From Prochlorococcus marinus subsp. pastoris str. CCMP1986 (GTDB lineage: Bacteria; Cyanobacteriota; Cyanobacteriia; PCC-6307; Cyanobiaceae): 32,000 nucleotides of DNA. Location of the stretch: the NCBI RefSeq assembly GCF_000011465.1, contig NC_005072.1, forward strand, positions 930,001 through 962,000. Reading direction: 5' to 3'. This document shows, piece by piece, positions 1 through 7,977 of this stretch (position 1 is its first letter; every line of letters starts with the position of its first letter). A program made the translations under genes and the position numbers. The notes beneath the pieces are model-generated. The model was given only the letters and a program-made list of their open reading frames with translations, was not told the origin of the DNA and did no database searches.

Positions 1-1
1 T

Positions 2-259
2 TTATTGGGAGCAATACTTGGAGCAGTCTTAATAAATTATGCAAAAAGTTTAGTAAGTGAAGCTTTACCGGCAAGCTGGATGTTTATTCAGGGTGGATTA
101 TTTATTCTAGTAGTTACAGCATTACCAGAAGGTGTTTTAGGATGGGTACAAGGAGAGGGACCAAGGAATCTGCTTCAAAAACTTGGTCTGAAAAGGAAAA
201 TCGAAACATACCCAAGTCTAGAAATAAAAAATGAAACGGAGGGATTAAAAAATGAATAA
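2..259 (+). CDS. urtC: Urea ABC transporter permease, C-terminal fragment (gene begins upstream of the window)
   Basis: Open frame runs from the window edge. The hydrophobic C-terminus (LGAVLINYAKS...GGLFILVVTALPEGVLGW) is typical of LivM/UrtC-type permeases. The stop at 257-259 overlaps the next ATG (252), and two LivG/LivF-like ATPases follow. Confidence 0.75.
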   Translation, partial: LLGAILGAVLINYAKSLVSEALPASWMFIQGGLFILVVTALPEGVLGWVQGEGPRNLLQKLGLKRKIETYPSLEIKNETEGLKNE

Positions 260-1007
260 GAATACTAATTCTTTATTAAGCCTAGAAAATATAAGTGTAA
301 GTTTTGAAGGATTTCTAGCATTAAATGATCTAAACCTTAGCTTAAAAACAGGAGAATTAAGAGCTGTAATTGGTCCAAATGGGGCGGGGAAAACAACATT
401 TCTAGATGTAATAACAGGTAAAGTAAAACCTACTAAAGGTGATGTTTTTTTTAAAGGAAAATCATTAATAGGAAGAAAAGAACATAAAATTGCACGTTTA
501 GGTGTAGGAAGAAAATTTCAAAGCCCAAGAGTATTTGAAAATCTAACTGTTAAAGAAAATCTTGAGATATCAGTAAGTACTCCTAAAAGTCCTTTAAATC
601 TAATTAATAAAAAAATTAAAAATGATCAATTAGATGAAATAGAACATTTAATGAAAGTCATAAATTTATCAAAAAAAATCAATTCAAAAGCCGGTGCATT
701 ATCACATGGTCAAAAACAATGGTTAGAAATAGCAATGTTACTAGGTCAAAAACCGGATTTAATGCTGGTTGATGAACCTGTGGCAGGGCTTACAGATGAA
801 GAAACTGATTTGACAGCAGATTTATTAAAATCATTATCTGGAGAAAATACTGTTGTTGTTATAGATCACGATATGGAATTCATAAGAAGACTTGATAGTA
901 ATGTTTCAGTTCTCAATCAAGGAACAGTATTATGTGAAGGTACAATGGATACTATTCAAAATGACAAAAGGGTAATTGATGTTTATTTAGGAAGACCGGA
1001 GGAATAA
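252..1007 (+). CDS. urtD: Urea ABC transporter ATP-binding protein UrtD (LivG-like)
   Basis: Walker A GPNGAGKTT, signature LSHGQKQ, Walker B LMLVDEP. Gene order is permease-ATPase-ATPase, with an 8-nt overlap on the upstream permease. Confidence 0.85.
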   Translation: MNKNTNSLLSLENISVSFEGFLALNDLNLSLKTGELRAVIGPNGAGKTTFLDVITGKVKPTKGDVFFKGKSLIGRKEHKIARLGVGRKFQSPRVFENLTVKENLEISVSTPKSPLNLINKKIKNDQLDEIEHLMKVINLSKKINSKAGALSHGQKQWLEIAMLLGQKPDLMLVDEPVAGLTDEETDLTADLLKSLSGENTVVVIDHDMEFIRRLDSNVSVLNQGTVLCEGTMDTIQNDKRVIDVYLGRPEE

Positions 1008-1009
1008 CA

Positions 1010-1720
1010 ATGAAAAATCTACTAGAAGTAAAATCATTAAATACCTATTATGGGGAAAGCCATATCCTCAGAGATGTAGATTTAAACCTTAAATCTGGAG
1101 AAATGATCTGTTTAATAGGTAGAAATGGAGTAGGGAAAACTACTTTATTAAAATCATTAATAGGGCTATTAAGGGCAAAGAAAGGAGAAATAAACTTTAT
1201 TGGAGAAAATATAAATAGAAAGGCGCCACATCAAAGAGCTAGAAAAGGAATGGCATATGTTCCTCAAGGAAGAGAAATAATACCTTATCTGACTGTTGAA
1301 GAAAACTTAATGTTGGGAATGGAATCGCTTCCTGGAGGCTTATCTAAAAATAAAAATATTGATTCAAGTATCTATGATTTATTTCCTATTTTAAAAGACT
1401 TTCTATCAAGAAAAGGAGGAGATCTGAGTGGAGGGCAACAACAACAACTTGCAATTGCGAGAGCACTATTAGGTAAACCAAAATTATTGTTACTAGACGA
1501 ACCTACTGAAGGAATTCAACCAAATATAGTATTAGATATTGAAAACGCTATAAATCTCATAATTAAAGAAACTGGTATCGGAGTTTTATTAGTTGAACAG
1601 CACTTACACTTTGTTAGGCAGGCAAGTAGATATTACGCGATGCAAAGGGGAGGAATTGTTGCAAGTGGCCGTACAAGTGAATTAAGCCAAACAGTTATTG
1701 ATAAATTTTTAAGTGTATAG
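1010..1720 (+). CDS. urtE: Urea ABC transporter ATP-binding protein UrtE (LivF-like)
   Basis: Walker A GRNGVGKTT, signature LSGGQQQ, Walker B LLLLDEP. Starts 2 nt after the urtD stop. Confidence 0.85.
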   Translation: MKNLLEVKSLNTYYGESHILRDVDLNLKSGEMICLIGRNGVGKTTLLKSLIGLLRAKKGEINFIGENINRKAPHQRARKGMAYVPQGREIIPYLTVEENLMLGMESLPGGLSKNKNIDSSIYDLFPILKDFLSRKGGDLSGGQQQQLAIARALLGKPKLLLLDEPTEGIQPNIVLDIENAINLIIKETGIGVLLVEQHLHFVRQASRYYAMQRGGIVASGRTSELSQTVIDKFLSV

Positions 1721-1749
1721 AATATAACTTTAAAATATCTATTTAAATA

Positions 1750-1929
1750 TCACTTTTCGCATCTAATTAAATCAATCCTGTTAGGATGTGCATTTATATA
1801 TTTATTAAACTCCATAGCCAATGTTCTTGCTTCATAAGAATCTAATGCATAAAAACAATTTTCTAATCTAAGATTTTGAAAGTCTCTATAATAGACAGTG
1901 TATGGTTTTAAAAAAGGTTTGTTATTCAT
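1750..1929 (-). CDS. Small hypothetical protein, 59 aa (MNNKPFLKPYTVYYRDFQNLRLENCFYALDSYEARTLAMEFNKYINAHPNRIDLIRCEK)
   Basis: Hand-translated ATG..TGA ORF just under the track cutoff. It has a non-low-complexity composition inside an otherwise ORF-poor AT-rich gap. Confidence 0.3.
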   Translation of the reverse strand: MNNKPFLKPYTVYYRDFQNLRLENCFYALDSYEARTLAMEFNKYINAHPNRIDLIRCEK

Positions 1930-2183
1930 ATAATTTTAATACTATTTCTTTGGATACCTTAACCATGCATAAATTAATTAATTAAGAGAATATGTTTTGT
2001 TGCTTTCAATATATAAATCGTCAAATACGTATAACAACTATTCAAAGTTTTCAATTAGGGTTTAGTCTTTTTTTCCTTGCTTTTTGTTTGTTTCCCTTCA
2101 ATTAAGAAAACAAACTTTGATAAAATTCCACCAAAGAAAGGAACCCAAAATTTTTCATAAAAATATTTCATAATTAAGAACTA

Positions 2184-2354
2184 TTATGCAACACTAATAT
2201 ATTCTTCACTATCCATGTTCTTTAATGAGTCTAGATCTATCGAATTAAAAAGATACTGCATTAAAAGAAGATCAAGCTCATTATTTAATAAATTAACCTC
2301 CGAAGAGAGTAGATCATCAATAAAATAATTAAAGGTTTCCAAATCATTATTCAT
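2184..2354 (-). CDS. Small acidic hypothetical protein, 56 aa (MNNDLETFNYFIDDLLSSEVNLLNNELDLLLMQYLFNSIDLDSLKNMDSEEYISVA)
   Basis: Hand-translated ATG..TAA ORF, same strand as the 1750..1929 ORF. No recognisable domain. Confidence 0.25.
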   Translation of the reverse strand: MNNDLETFNYFIDDLLSSEVNLLNNELDLLLMQYLFNSIDLDSLKNMDSEEYISVA

Positions 2355-2753
2355 GAAAATAATCTATATTTTTGATAATTATTAATCATATAAAATATAA
2401 AAGCTAATTAAATTTTAAAATCAAAATATTAATAAAGAATTTTTTAAATTTATATTTTTGAAATGCCAGTAAATTTTAAAAAGTTAAATAAATTTTTAAT
2501 TAAAAGAGGATACCATTATAAATCCTTTTGAATAATAAATTTAAACTCAATACGAACTATTAAGCCAACTAGAATTAAAAAAATGCCTAAATATGAATTT
2601 AAAGAGAGATCCAAATTAATAATTTTTGATTAAATATATATTAGCCTATGAAATTAAATCATCAAATCTTGGATTTAATCTCAGTTAAATAAAAATAATT
2701 TATGAGCATTTATATCCAATTAACGAATAAACTAAATATATAAATTAAATTTG

Positions 2754-2927
2754 ATGAATAAAATTTCATTCTCTATGCAGGAATTTTTACAAAAAGATCT
2801 TAGTTCAAGCTTATTATCAATTTCAGTATTATTGGGATGGCTAGGAATAAGTTTTGTTTTCCTAAGAATATTAGCGATAATAATTAAAAAAATATTAGAA
2901 GCCGTATTCAAAAGCTCTAATAAATAA
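2754..2927 (+). CDS. Small membrane protein, 57 aa, one predicted TM (LLSISVLLGWLGISFVFLRILAIII)
   Basis: Hand-translated ATG..TAA ORF. It has a hydrophobic core followed by a basic tail and lies 60 bp upstream of the 2990 ORF on the same strand. Confidence 0.3.
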   Translation: MNKISFSMQEFLQKDLSSSLLSISVLLGWLGISFVFLRILAIIIKKILEAVFKSSNK

Positions 2928-2989
2928 TAACAAGAACTTATATTTAAGTATCACAATAATAAAAATATTATAGGTATAATAACTTATAA

Positions 2990-3385
2990 ATGACAATCCT
3001 AGATAAAGTAAAAATAGGAAACACGGTTAAGGTTAATCTAGAGCTTTCAAAAGATCGATTAACTAAAGAGACCATTGAAGCAATAAACATTTCATCAGAA
3101 TGCACTATAAGTGACTTCAAAATTACTGATGGTATGGGTATTGGAGTATTTTTAAACTTATCAAATGGGAAAAATGAGTGGTTTTTTGAAAATGAAATTC
3201 AAATTCTTGATGAGCAAGGCAACATAATAGAAAATGAAGTAAATAAAAATAAAATTTTAGAAAATAATTTTAGATTGAATGCAATTAATAATATTAATTA
3301 TGAATCTAAGTTTAAATCCAGTGAACTTTTAAACCCGATTAATTTTATAACTTGGCTTATTGTTTCATTAAAAGATATTTTTTAA
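2990..3385 (+). CDS. Hypothetical protein, 131 aa
   Basis: ORF-track ORF with ATG start. The N-terminal half (KIGNTVKVNL...ISDFKITDGMGIGVFLNLSNGKNEWFFENEI) resembles small SH3/KOW-like cyanobacterial domains, but I cannot assign a family by eye. Confidence 0.55.
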   Translation: MTILDKVKIGNTVKVNLELSKDRLTKETIEAINISSECTISDFKITDGMGIGVFLNLSNGKNEWFFENEIQILDEQGNIIENEVNKNKILENNFRLNAINNINYESKFKSSELLNPINFITWLIVSLKDIF

Positions 3386-3469
3386 TTGATTTTAATATTC
3401 AACTAAATAAATAAATTTAGATTTTTAAAATTTATAGAATCCAAAATTAAAACTTACTTTTCAAATAAT

Positions 3470-4459
3470 ATGGAAGAGAATATTATTCAGGTTGAAAATT
3501 TATCAAAATCATTTGATATCTCATCAAAAGAACCTGGACTAAAAGGTACACTTAAGCATTTTTTTAAAAGAGAAAAAAAAAGTATTGAAGTTATAAAAAA
3601 TATAAATTTCGGAATAAAAAAAGGAGAAATAGTAGGGTTTCTTGGGGCTAATGGAGCTGGGAAAACAACCATTCTTAAAATACTCTGTGGTTTAATTCAC
3701 CCAAGCCAAGGTCGGTTGTCGGTTGCAGGTAACCTGCCTTATAAAAGAAGGTCTAATTTTCTGAAAAATATAACTTTAATAATGGGGCAAAAACAACAGC
3801 TAATTTGGGATCTTCCTCCAATAGAATCTTTTTACTTAAATGCCGCAATTTATGACATAGAAAAATTTGAAGCTAAAAAAAGAATTAAAAAGTTGTCAGA
3901 TATGCTGGAAATTGAAAAGGAGCTTTATATACCTGTTAGAAAATTATCTTTAGGTCAAAGAATGAAATCAGAATTATTAGCAGCTTTAATACATAAACCA
4001 AATATATTATTTTTAGATGAACCGACACTAGGCCTAGATATTAACGCTCAAAGGAATCTTAGAAAATTTCTGCAAATTTATAATAAAGACACAGATGCAA
4101 CAATTTGTCTAACTAGTCATTACATGAAAGATATTACATCTTTATGCAAGAGGGTATTATGTATTCACGAAGGTTGTCTTACATATGATGGGAGACTGGA
4201 AAGACTATTAAAAAAAATATCTCCTGTTAAAGATATACTAATAATTTGCAAGACGGATAAAGATGCTAAAGAACTAAGCAATTCAGGATTAAATATTAAA
4301 AATCAAAATCAAAAAGAAATTACAATAACAATTAAAAAAGATTCTATTAAATCTACTTTAAATAATATTCTTAACAAATTTGAGATCGAGGATCTATATA
4401 TAAATGAGCCTCCAGTTGACGAAATAATTGGAGACATTTTAGTGAAGGAAAAAGTATAA
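3470..4459 (+). CDS. ABC transporter ATP-binding protein (ABC-2 subfamily) with a ~90-aa C-terminal extension
   Basis: Walker A GANGAGKTT, signature LSLGQRM, Walker B ILFLDEP, H-loop TSH. Two ABC-2 type permease genes follow directly. Confidence 0.9.
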   Translation: MEENIIQVENLSKSFDISSKEPGLKGTLKHFFKREKKSIEVIKNINFGIKKGEIVGFLGANGAGKTTILKILCGLIHPSQGRLSVAGNLPYKRRSNFLKNITLIMGQKQQLIWDLPPIESFYLNAAIYDIEKFEAKKRIKKLSDMLEIEKELYIPVRKLSLGQRMKSELLAALIHKPNILFLDEPTLGLDINAQRNLRKFLQIYNKDTDATICLTSHYMKDITSLCKRVLCIHEGCLTYDGRLERLLKKISPVKDILIICKTDKDAKELSNSGLNIKNQNQKEITITIKKDSIKSTLNNILNKFEIEDLYINEPPVDEIIGDILVKEKV

Positions 4460-5251
4460 ATGTTTAATTTAAATAAAAATAAGCTAATAACATTATTAAA
4501 AGTACAGTACTCAAATATGTTGGAATATAGAGTAGAAATAGCTTTATGGGCAATATCAGGAATAATACCTTTTTTCATGCTCAATATATGGACAAACAAT
4601 AACTTAAATGAATCTATTAACTTAAGTAATGTAATGCTCTCAAGATATTTTTTGAGTGCGTTCTTTGTGAGGCAATTTTCCGTAGTTTGGGTTGTCTTTA
4701 CTTTTGAAGAAGACGCTCTCTTGGGTAAAATTTCCCCATATCTAATTCAACCTTTAAACCCATTTTTTAGATACTTTGCTCAACACATAGCAGAACAAAT
4801 AACACGCTTCCCTTTTGCCATAATAATTGCGTTAATTTTTTTTCTAATAAATCCAGAAAGTTTATGGATACCAAACTTAAGTCTATTTTTATTAGCATGT
4901 TTTTCTACATTTTTTTCTTTTCTAATTCAATTTCTGATTCAATCAATTATTGCTTGCTTCTGTTTTTGGACAGAAAAGGCTTCTTCAATAGAAAGATTGT
5001 TATTTATCCCAACTTTATTCCTTTCAGGACTTTTAGCCCCAGTAATATCATTCCCAGAATATGTGAAATCATGGATATACCTAACCCCATTCCCTTACTT
5101 AATTGATTTTCCAGCAAATATATTATCTGGAAATAATACAAACATAGTTTCTGGATTTTTTATGCAGATATTTTGGATTTCAGTTCTTTTCCCAATATTT
5201 AAAAGGACTTGGTCTCTTGGAACAAAAAAATATACAGCGATGGGTTCATGA
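4460..5251 (+). CDS. ABC-2 family transporter permease (first of two)
   Basis: ATG directly follows the ATPase stop (4457-4459). The protein is polytopic and hydrophobic, with about 6 TM segments. Confidence 0.75.
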   Translation: MFNLNKNKLITLLKVQYSNMLEYRVEIALWAISGIIPFFMLNIWTNNNLNESINLSNVMLSRYFLSAFFVRQFSVVWVVFTFEEDALLGKISPYLIQPLNPFFRYFAQHIAEQITRFPFAIIIALIFFLINPESLWIPNLSLFLLACFSTFFSFLIQFLIQSIIACFCFWTEKASSIERLLFIPTLFLSGLLAPVISFPEYVKSWIYLTPFPYLIDFPANILSGNNTNIVSGFFMQIFWISVLFPIFKRTWSLGTKKYTAMGS

Positions 5252-6042
5252 AAATAAAAAAATATATAAAAATTTATTCATTATTTTTAAGTACTTCTAT
5301 AGCCTCAGAATTGGAATATAAGACTAACGTAATAATTGACTTTATTACTGCAATTTTAAGCTTAGTAGGGAGCGTATTTTTATTAACTATATTTTTCCAA
5401 AATACTGATAATATCGGAGGATGGAATTTTGAACAAGCCTTAATTATTCAAGGGATATATACAATTTTAAATGGAATTACTAATACATGGTTCAATCCAA
5501 ATCTTACAGAAATAGTAAAACACATAAGAGAAGGAACCTTAGATTTTGTTCTTCTAAAACCCTTAGATAGTCAATTTTTTATTTCCTTAAATAAAATAGC
5601 ACCCTCTGGATTTTTAGAAATAATATTAGGTTTTGCTCTACTATTTTATTGCATAGGTATTAATCAAATAAATATAAACTTAAGTTTTTTATTATCTTGC
5701 CTTACAACATTGTGTTGTTCTATTTTAATTCTATATAGCTTATGGTTTTTAATCTCAACAACAACTATTTGGTTTGTAAAAACATGGAATGCGACAGAAG
5801 TCTTACGTTCTTTTCTTTATATAGGAAGATTTCCTTTAAATTCATTTTCATTCTCATTAAGGATATTCTTTAGTATTTTTGTTCCAATTGCATTCATAAC
5901 GACAATTCCTTCTGAAGTTTTCCTAGGTATTGCACTACTATGGGAAATATTATTAGAAATAATTGTTGCTGTAATATTTTTTTTAGTTTCAAGAAGATTT
6001 TGGTTATTTGCCCTAAAATATTACACTTCAGCTTCTAGCTAA
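5248..6042 (+). CDS. ABC-2 family transporter permease (second of two)
   Basis: I prefer the ATG at 5248, which forms an ATGA overlap with the upstream stop (5249-5251). The ORF-track start at 5209 would overlap by 43 nt. The protein is polytopic and hydrophobic. Confidence 0.75.
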   Translation: MKIKKYIKIYSLFLSTSIASELEYKTNVIIDFITAILSLVGSVFLLTIFFQNTDNIGGWNFEQALIIQGIYTILNGITNTWFNPNLTEIVKHIREGTLDFVLLKPLDSQFFISLNKIAPSGFLEIILGFALLFYCIGINQININLSFLLSCLTTLCCSILILYSLWFLISTTTIWFVKTWNATEVLRSFLYIGRFPLNSFSFSLRIFFSIFVPIAFITTIPSEVFLGIALLWEILLEIIVAVIFFLVSRRFWLFALKYYTSASS

Positions 6043-6045
6043 TTT

Positions 6046-6312
6046 TTAATTAACAATTTCTCGACATAAATCCCACATTTTTTGCTTAGTATTTAAATTA
6101 GTTAATTTTGATAATTTTTTGAAATTTAATGATGACTTTTCAATGGTAAGTAGGCGACAAATATAATTTATTTCATGATATCTTGAAATCGTTCCAAGTT
6201 TAATTGAAACATTAGAAAGGATTACTATTAGTGAAAGAAGAGCAAATATTAATAAGAAAGAAAAAGAAGAATTCCTAAGGTCATCATTTTGAGTTTTAAC
6301 TTCGAATTTCAT
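6046..6312 (-). CDS. Hypothetical membrane protein, 88 aa from the MKFEVKTQ start, one TM (FSFLLIFALLSLIVILS)
   Basis: The internal ATG at 6312 gives TAATG coupling to the upstream ORF. The track start at 6336 would overlap by 25 nt. Confidence 0.4.
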   Translation of the reverse strand: MKFEVKTQNDDLRNSSFSFLLIFALLSLIVILSNVSIKLGTISRYHEINYICRLLTIEKSSLNFKKLSKLTNLNTKQKMWDLCREIVN

Positions 6313-6539
6313 TATTCCATAATATGCTGAGGACACTTAATAGCTGCAATAGCAATTGCCGCGACTTTAAAATTATCTGATTTCTCAATTACTTTTTTAA
6401 CTTCTAGTGGACCAAACTTCTCACTTGCATCACTATAAGAAAGAAGTAAAGATTTATAATTATCATGACCTACATTTCTATATTCACAGAAGTTATCTCC
6501 AACATAATTTAATAGTGTAAGTAAAGTTAATTCGATCAT
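6312..6539 (-). CDS. Hypothetical protein, 75 aa
   Basis: ORF-track ORF with ATG start. Its TAA stop shares one base with the ATG of the next minus-strand ORF (TAATG at 6310-6314). Confidence 0.4.
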   Translation of the reverse strand: MIELTLLTLLNYVGDNFCEYRNVGHDNYKSLLLSYSDASEKFGPLEVKKVIEKSDNFKVAAIAIAAIKCPQHIME

Positions 6540-6699
6540 TAAATTTTAAATTATTAATCACTTTTACGAATAATACATTGTGCAGAAGCTTTAACAAGCT
6601 TATTAAGCTAATAAATTTCTAAATTTAAATTTTTATTATATTGAATAAACCTCATAATATTACAAAATATTATCTCAATTGCAAGACTCTTTAAAAATT

Positions 6700-6838
6700 C
6701 ATTTAGGAAGCACTATCTGTAGTGTCATAGATCCACAAATAACGCGCTACCGATGGGGGGGGTTGCATTTTTAATTAAATTGGATTAAAAATAAGATTCC
6801 CCATCACCTGGCCTCACAATTGTGAGGCTTTTTTTTTT
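6700..6838 (+). ncRNA. Candidate small structured RNA ending in an intrinsic terminator (5' end undetermined; could start near 6665-6685)
   Basis: A locally G+C-rich segment sits between minus-strand genes and no upstream plus-strand CDS. Long-range stem GATGGGG (6753-6759) pairs with CCCCATC (6799-6805). A G8 run lies at 6755-6762, followed by a perfect terminator hairpin plus T10. There is no credible ORF inside. Confidence 0.4.
6811..6838 (+). terminator. Rho-independent terminator
   Basis: GCCTCACAATTGTGAGGC (6811-6828) is a perfect 18-nt palindrome giving a 7-bp stem with an AATT loop. Ten T residues (6829-6838) follow directly. On the opposite strand no T-run follows the hairpin, so it is unidirectional. 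Confidence 0.7.
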
Positions 6839-6942
6839 ACGTAATGATATTCGGGGAGGACAAAATAAATTTGGTACAAAAGTATTTTTTAATACAACTT
6901 CAATCTAAAAAGATAATTAATCTTTTTTAAAATATTCTTCAA

Positions 6943-7026
6943 ATGAATTTTTCACTATTAACAGCTACAGCAGCAGTGGGACTTTTTTTAACTACAACAA
7001 CTGTTCTGGCATTTGCCATAAGTTAA
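6943..7026 (+). CDS. Micro-ORF, 27 aa, single TM (MNFSLLTATAAVGLFLTTTTVLAFAIS)
   Basis: Hand-translated ATG..TAA. It is entirely hydrophobic, like the small membrane subunits common in cyanobacteria. It does not match any photosystem or cytochrome b6f small subunit that I can recall. Confidence 0.25.
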   Translation: MNFSLLTATAAVGLFLTTTTVLAFAIS

Positions 7027-7027
7027 T

Positions 7028-7840
7028 TTATATCAAAGAACGAATTGACTTTACTAACAAACTAACTCCTACAAGCAGGCATACAACTGTAAATGTATTT
7101 TTAATGAGTTTATTCCCTTTTAAATTAGACATATGAGCACCAAAATATCCCCCCGCAAAAGATCCCAAAATAAGAATTACTAATATATCTGTAGGTATAT
7201 AACCAATTTTGCTGAGAAAATAGGCCCCTATAGCATTCCAGAAAATACCTACTGTAAAAAAAGTTAAACTAACAGCTCTAAGAAAATCCATCTTAAAAAT
7301 TTTAATTAATAAGAAAGTTACTAACAAACCAGTTCCTGAAGAGACAGAACCGTTAAGGATTCCAATAAAAAAAATAGGAATAATAAACTTTAATTCTAGT
7401 TGGGAATTGATAATATTATCTGTTGAATTCAAACCTAAACTAGGTTTACAAAAAGAGTATATAGCTAAGACTATTGAAATAAATCCTAATATTAAAAATA
7501 GATATTGCTCAGAAAGGAATTTCACAATATTTGAACCCAAAATAACTCCTGGGGTTCCAAAGAATAAAATTTGCCATAAAACAAAAATATCATTTCTAAT
7601 ATATTTAAAATTTCTAATTGATCCACCTAAACCCAAAGCAACCGTGGCAACTTTATGTGAAGCAAGAGCTTGATAATAAGGTAAACCAAATAAAATCAAA
7701 GCAGGTAATTGAATTAATCCAGCGCCTCCTCCAGAAATGGCTGAAAATGTATTTGATAAAAAAGAAATTAAAAAAATTAAAGCTTTGTTATAAAAATAAA
7801 AATCACTATCAATTGTTAAATATAAAAAAGTAATTAACAT
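7028..7840 (-). CDS. TauE/SafE (TSUP, DUF81) family anion exporter/permease
   Basis: 270 aa and polytopic. It carries the characteristic N-terminal GGGAGLIQLPALILFGLP motif and an internally duplicated Gly-rich TM architecture (SSGTGLLVTFLL in the second half). Confidence 0.8.
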   Translation of the reverse strand: MLITFLYLTIDSDFYFYNKALIFLISFLSNTFSAISGGGAGLIQLPALILFGLPYYQALASHKVATVALGLGGSIRNFKYIRNDIFVLWQILFFGTPGVILGSNIVKFLSEQYLFLILGFISIVLAIYSFCKPSLGLNSTDNIINSQLELKFIIPIFFIGILNGSVSSGTGLLVTFLLIKIFKMDFLRAVSLTFFTVGIFWNAIGAYFLSKIGYIPTDILVILILGSFAGGYFGAHMSNLKGNKLIKNTFTVVCLLVGVSLLVKSIRSLI

Positions 7841-7977
7841 TAAATATAATTCTTACTTTAAAAAATATCTTCAATTATTAGATATTAACATTACATATTT
7901 ATAAAATAGTTTGAAATTTTAAGTATCTTCAGAACTTAAGAAAAACTGTTATTATTGGCATAGTTATCAAGACGCTT

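Noticed and set aside
3487-5106. ORFs 3487..3672(-), 4309..4599(-) and 4864..5106(+) inside the ABC transporter genes
   Set aside because: They are antisense or alternative-frame shadows of CDSs with clear Walker motifs or permease signatures.
6754-6789. 11-codon ORF (MGGVAFLIKLD) inside the candidate sRNA
   Set aside because: It is too short, has no ribosome-binding site, and its start lies inside the predicted G-rich stem.
7407-7833. ORFs 7407..7673(+) and 7618..7833(+)
   Set aside because: They lie antisense to the TauE/SafE permease gene, which has a clear family motif.
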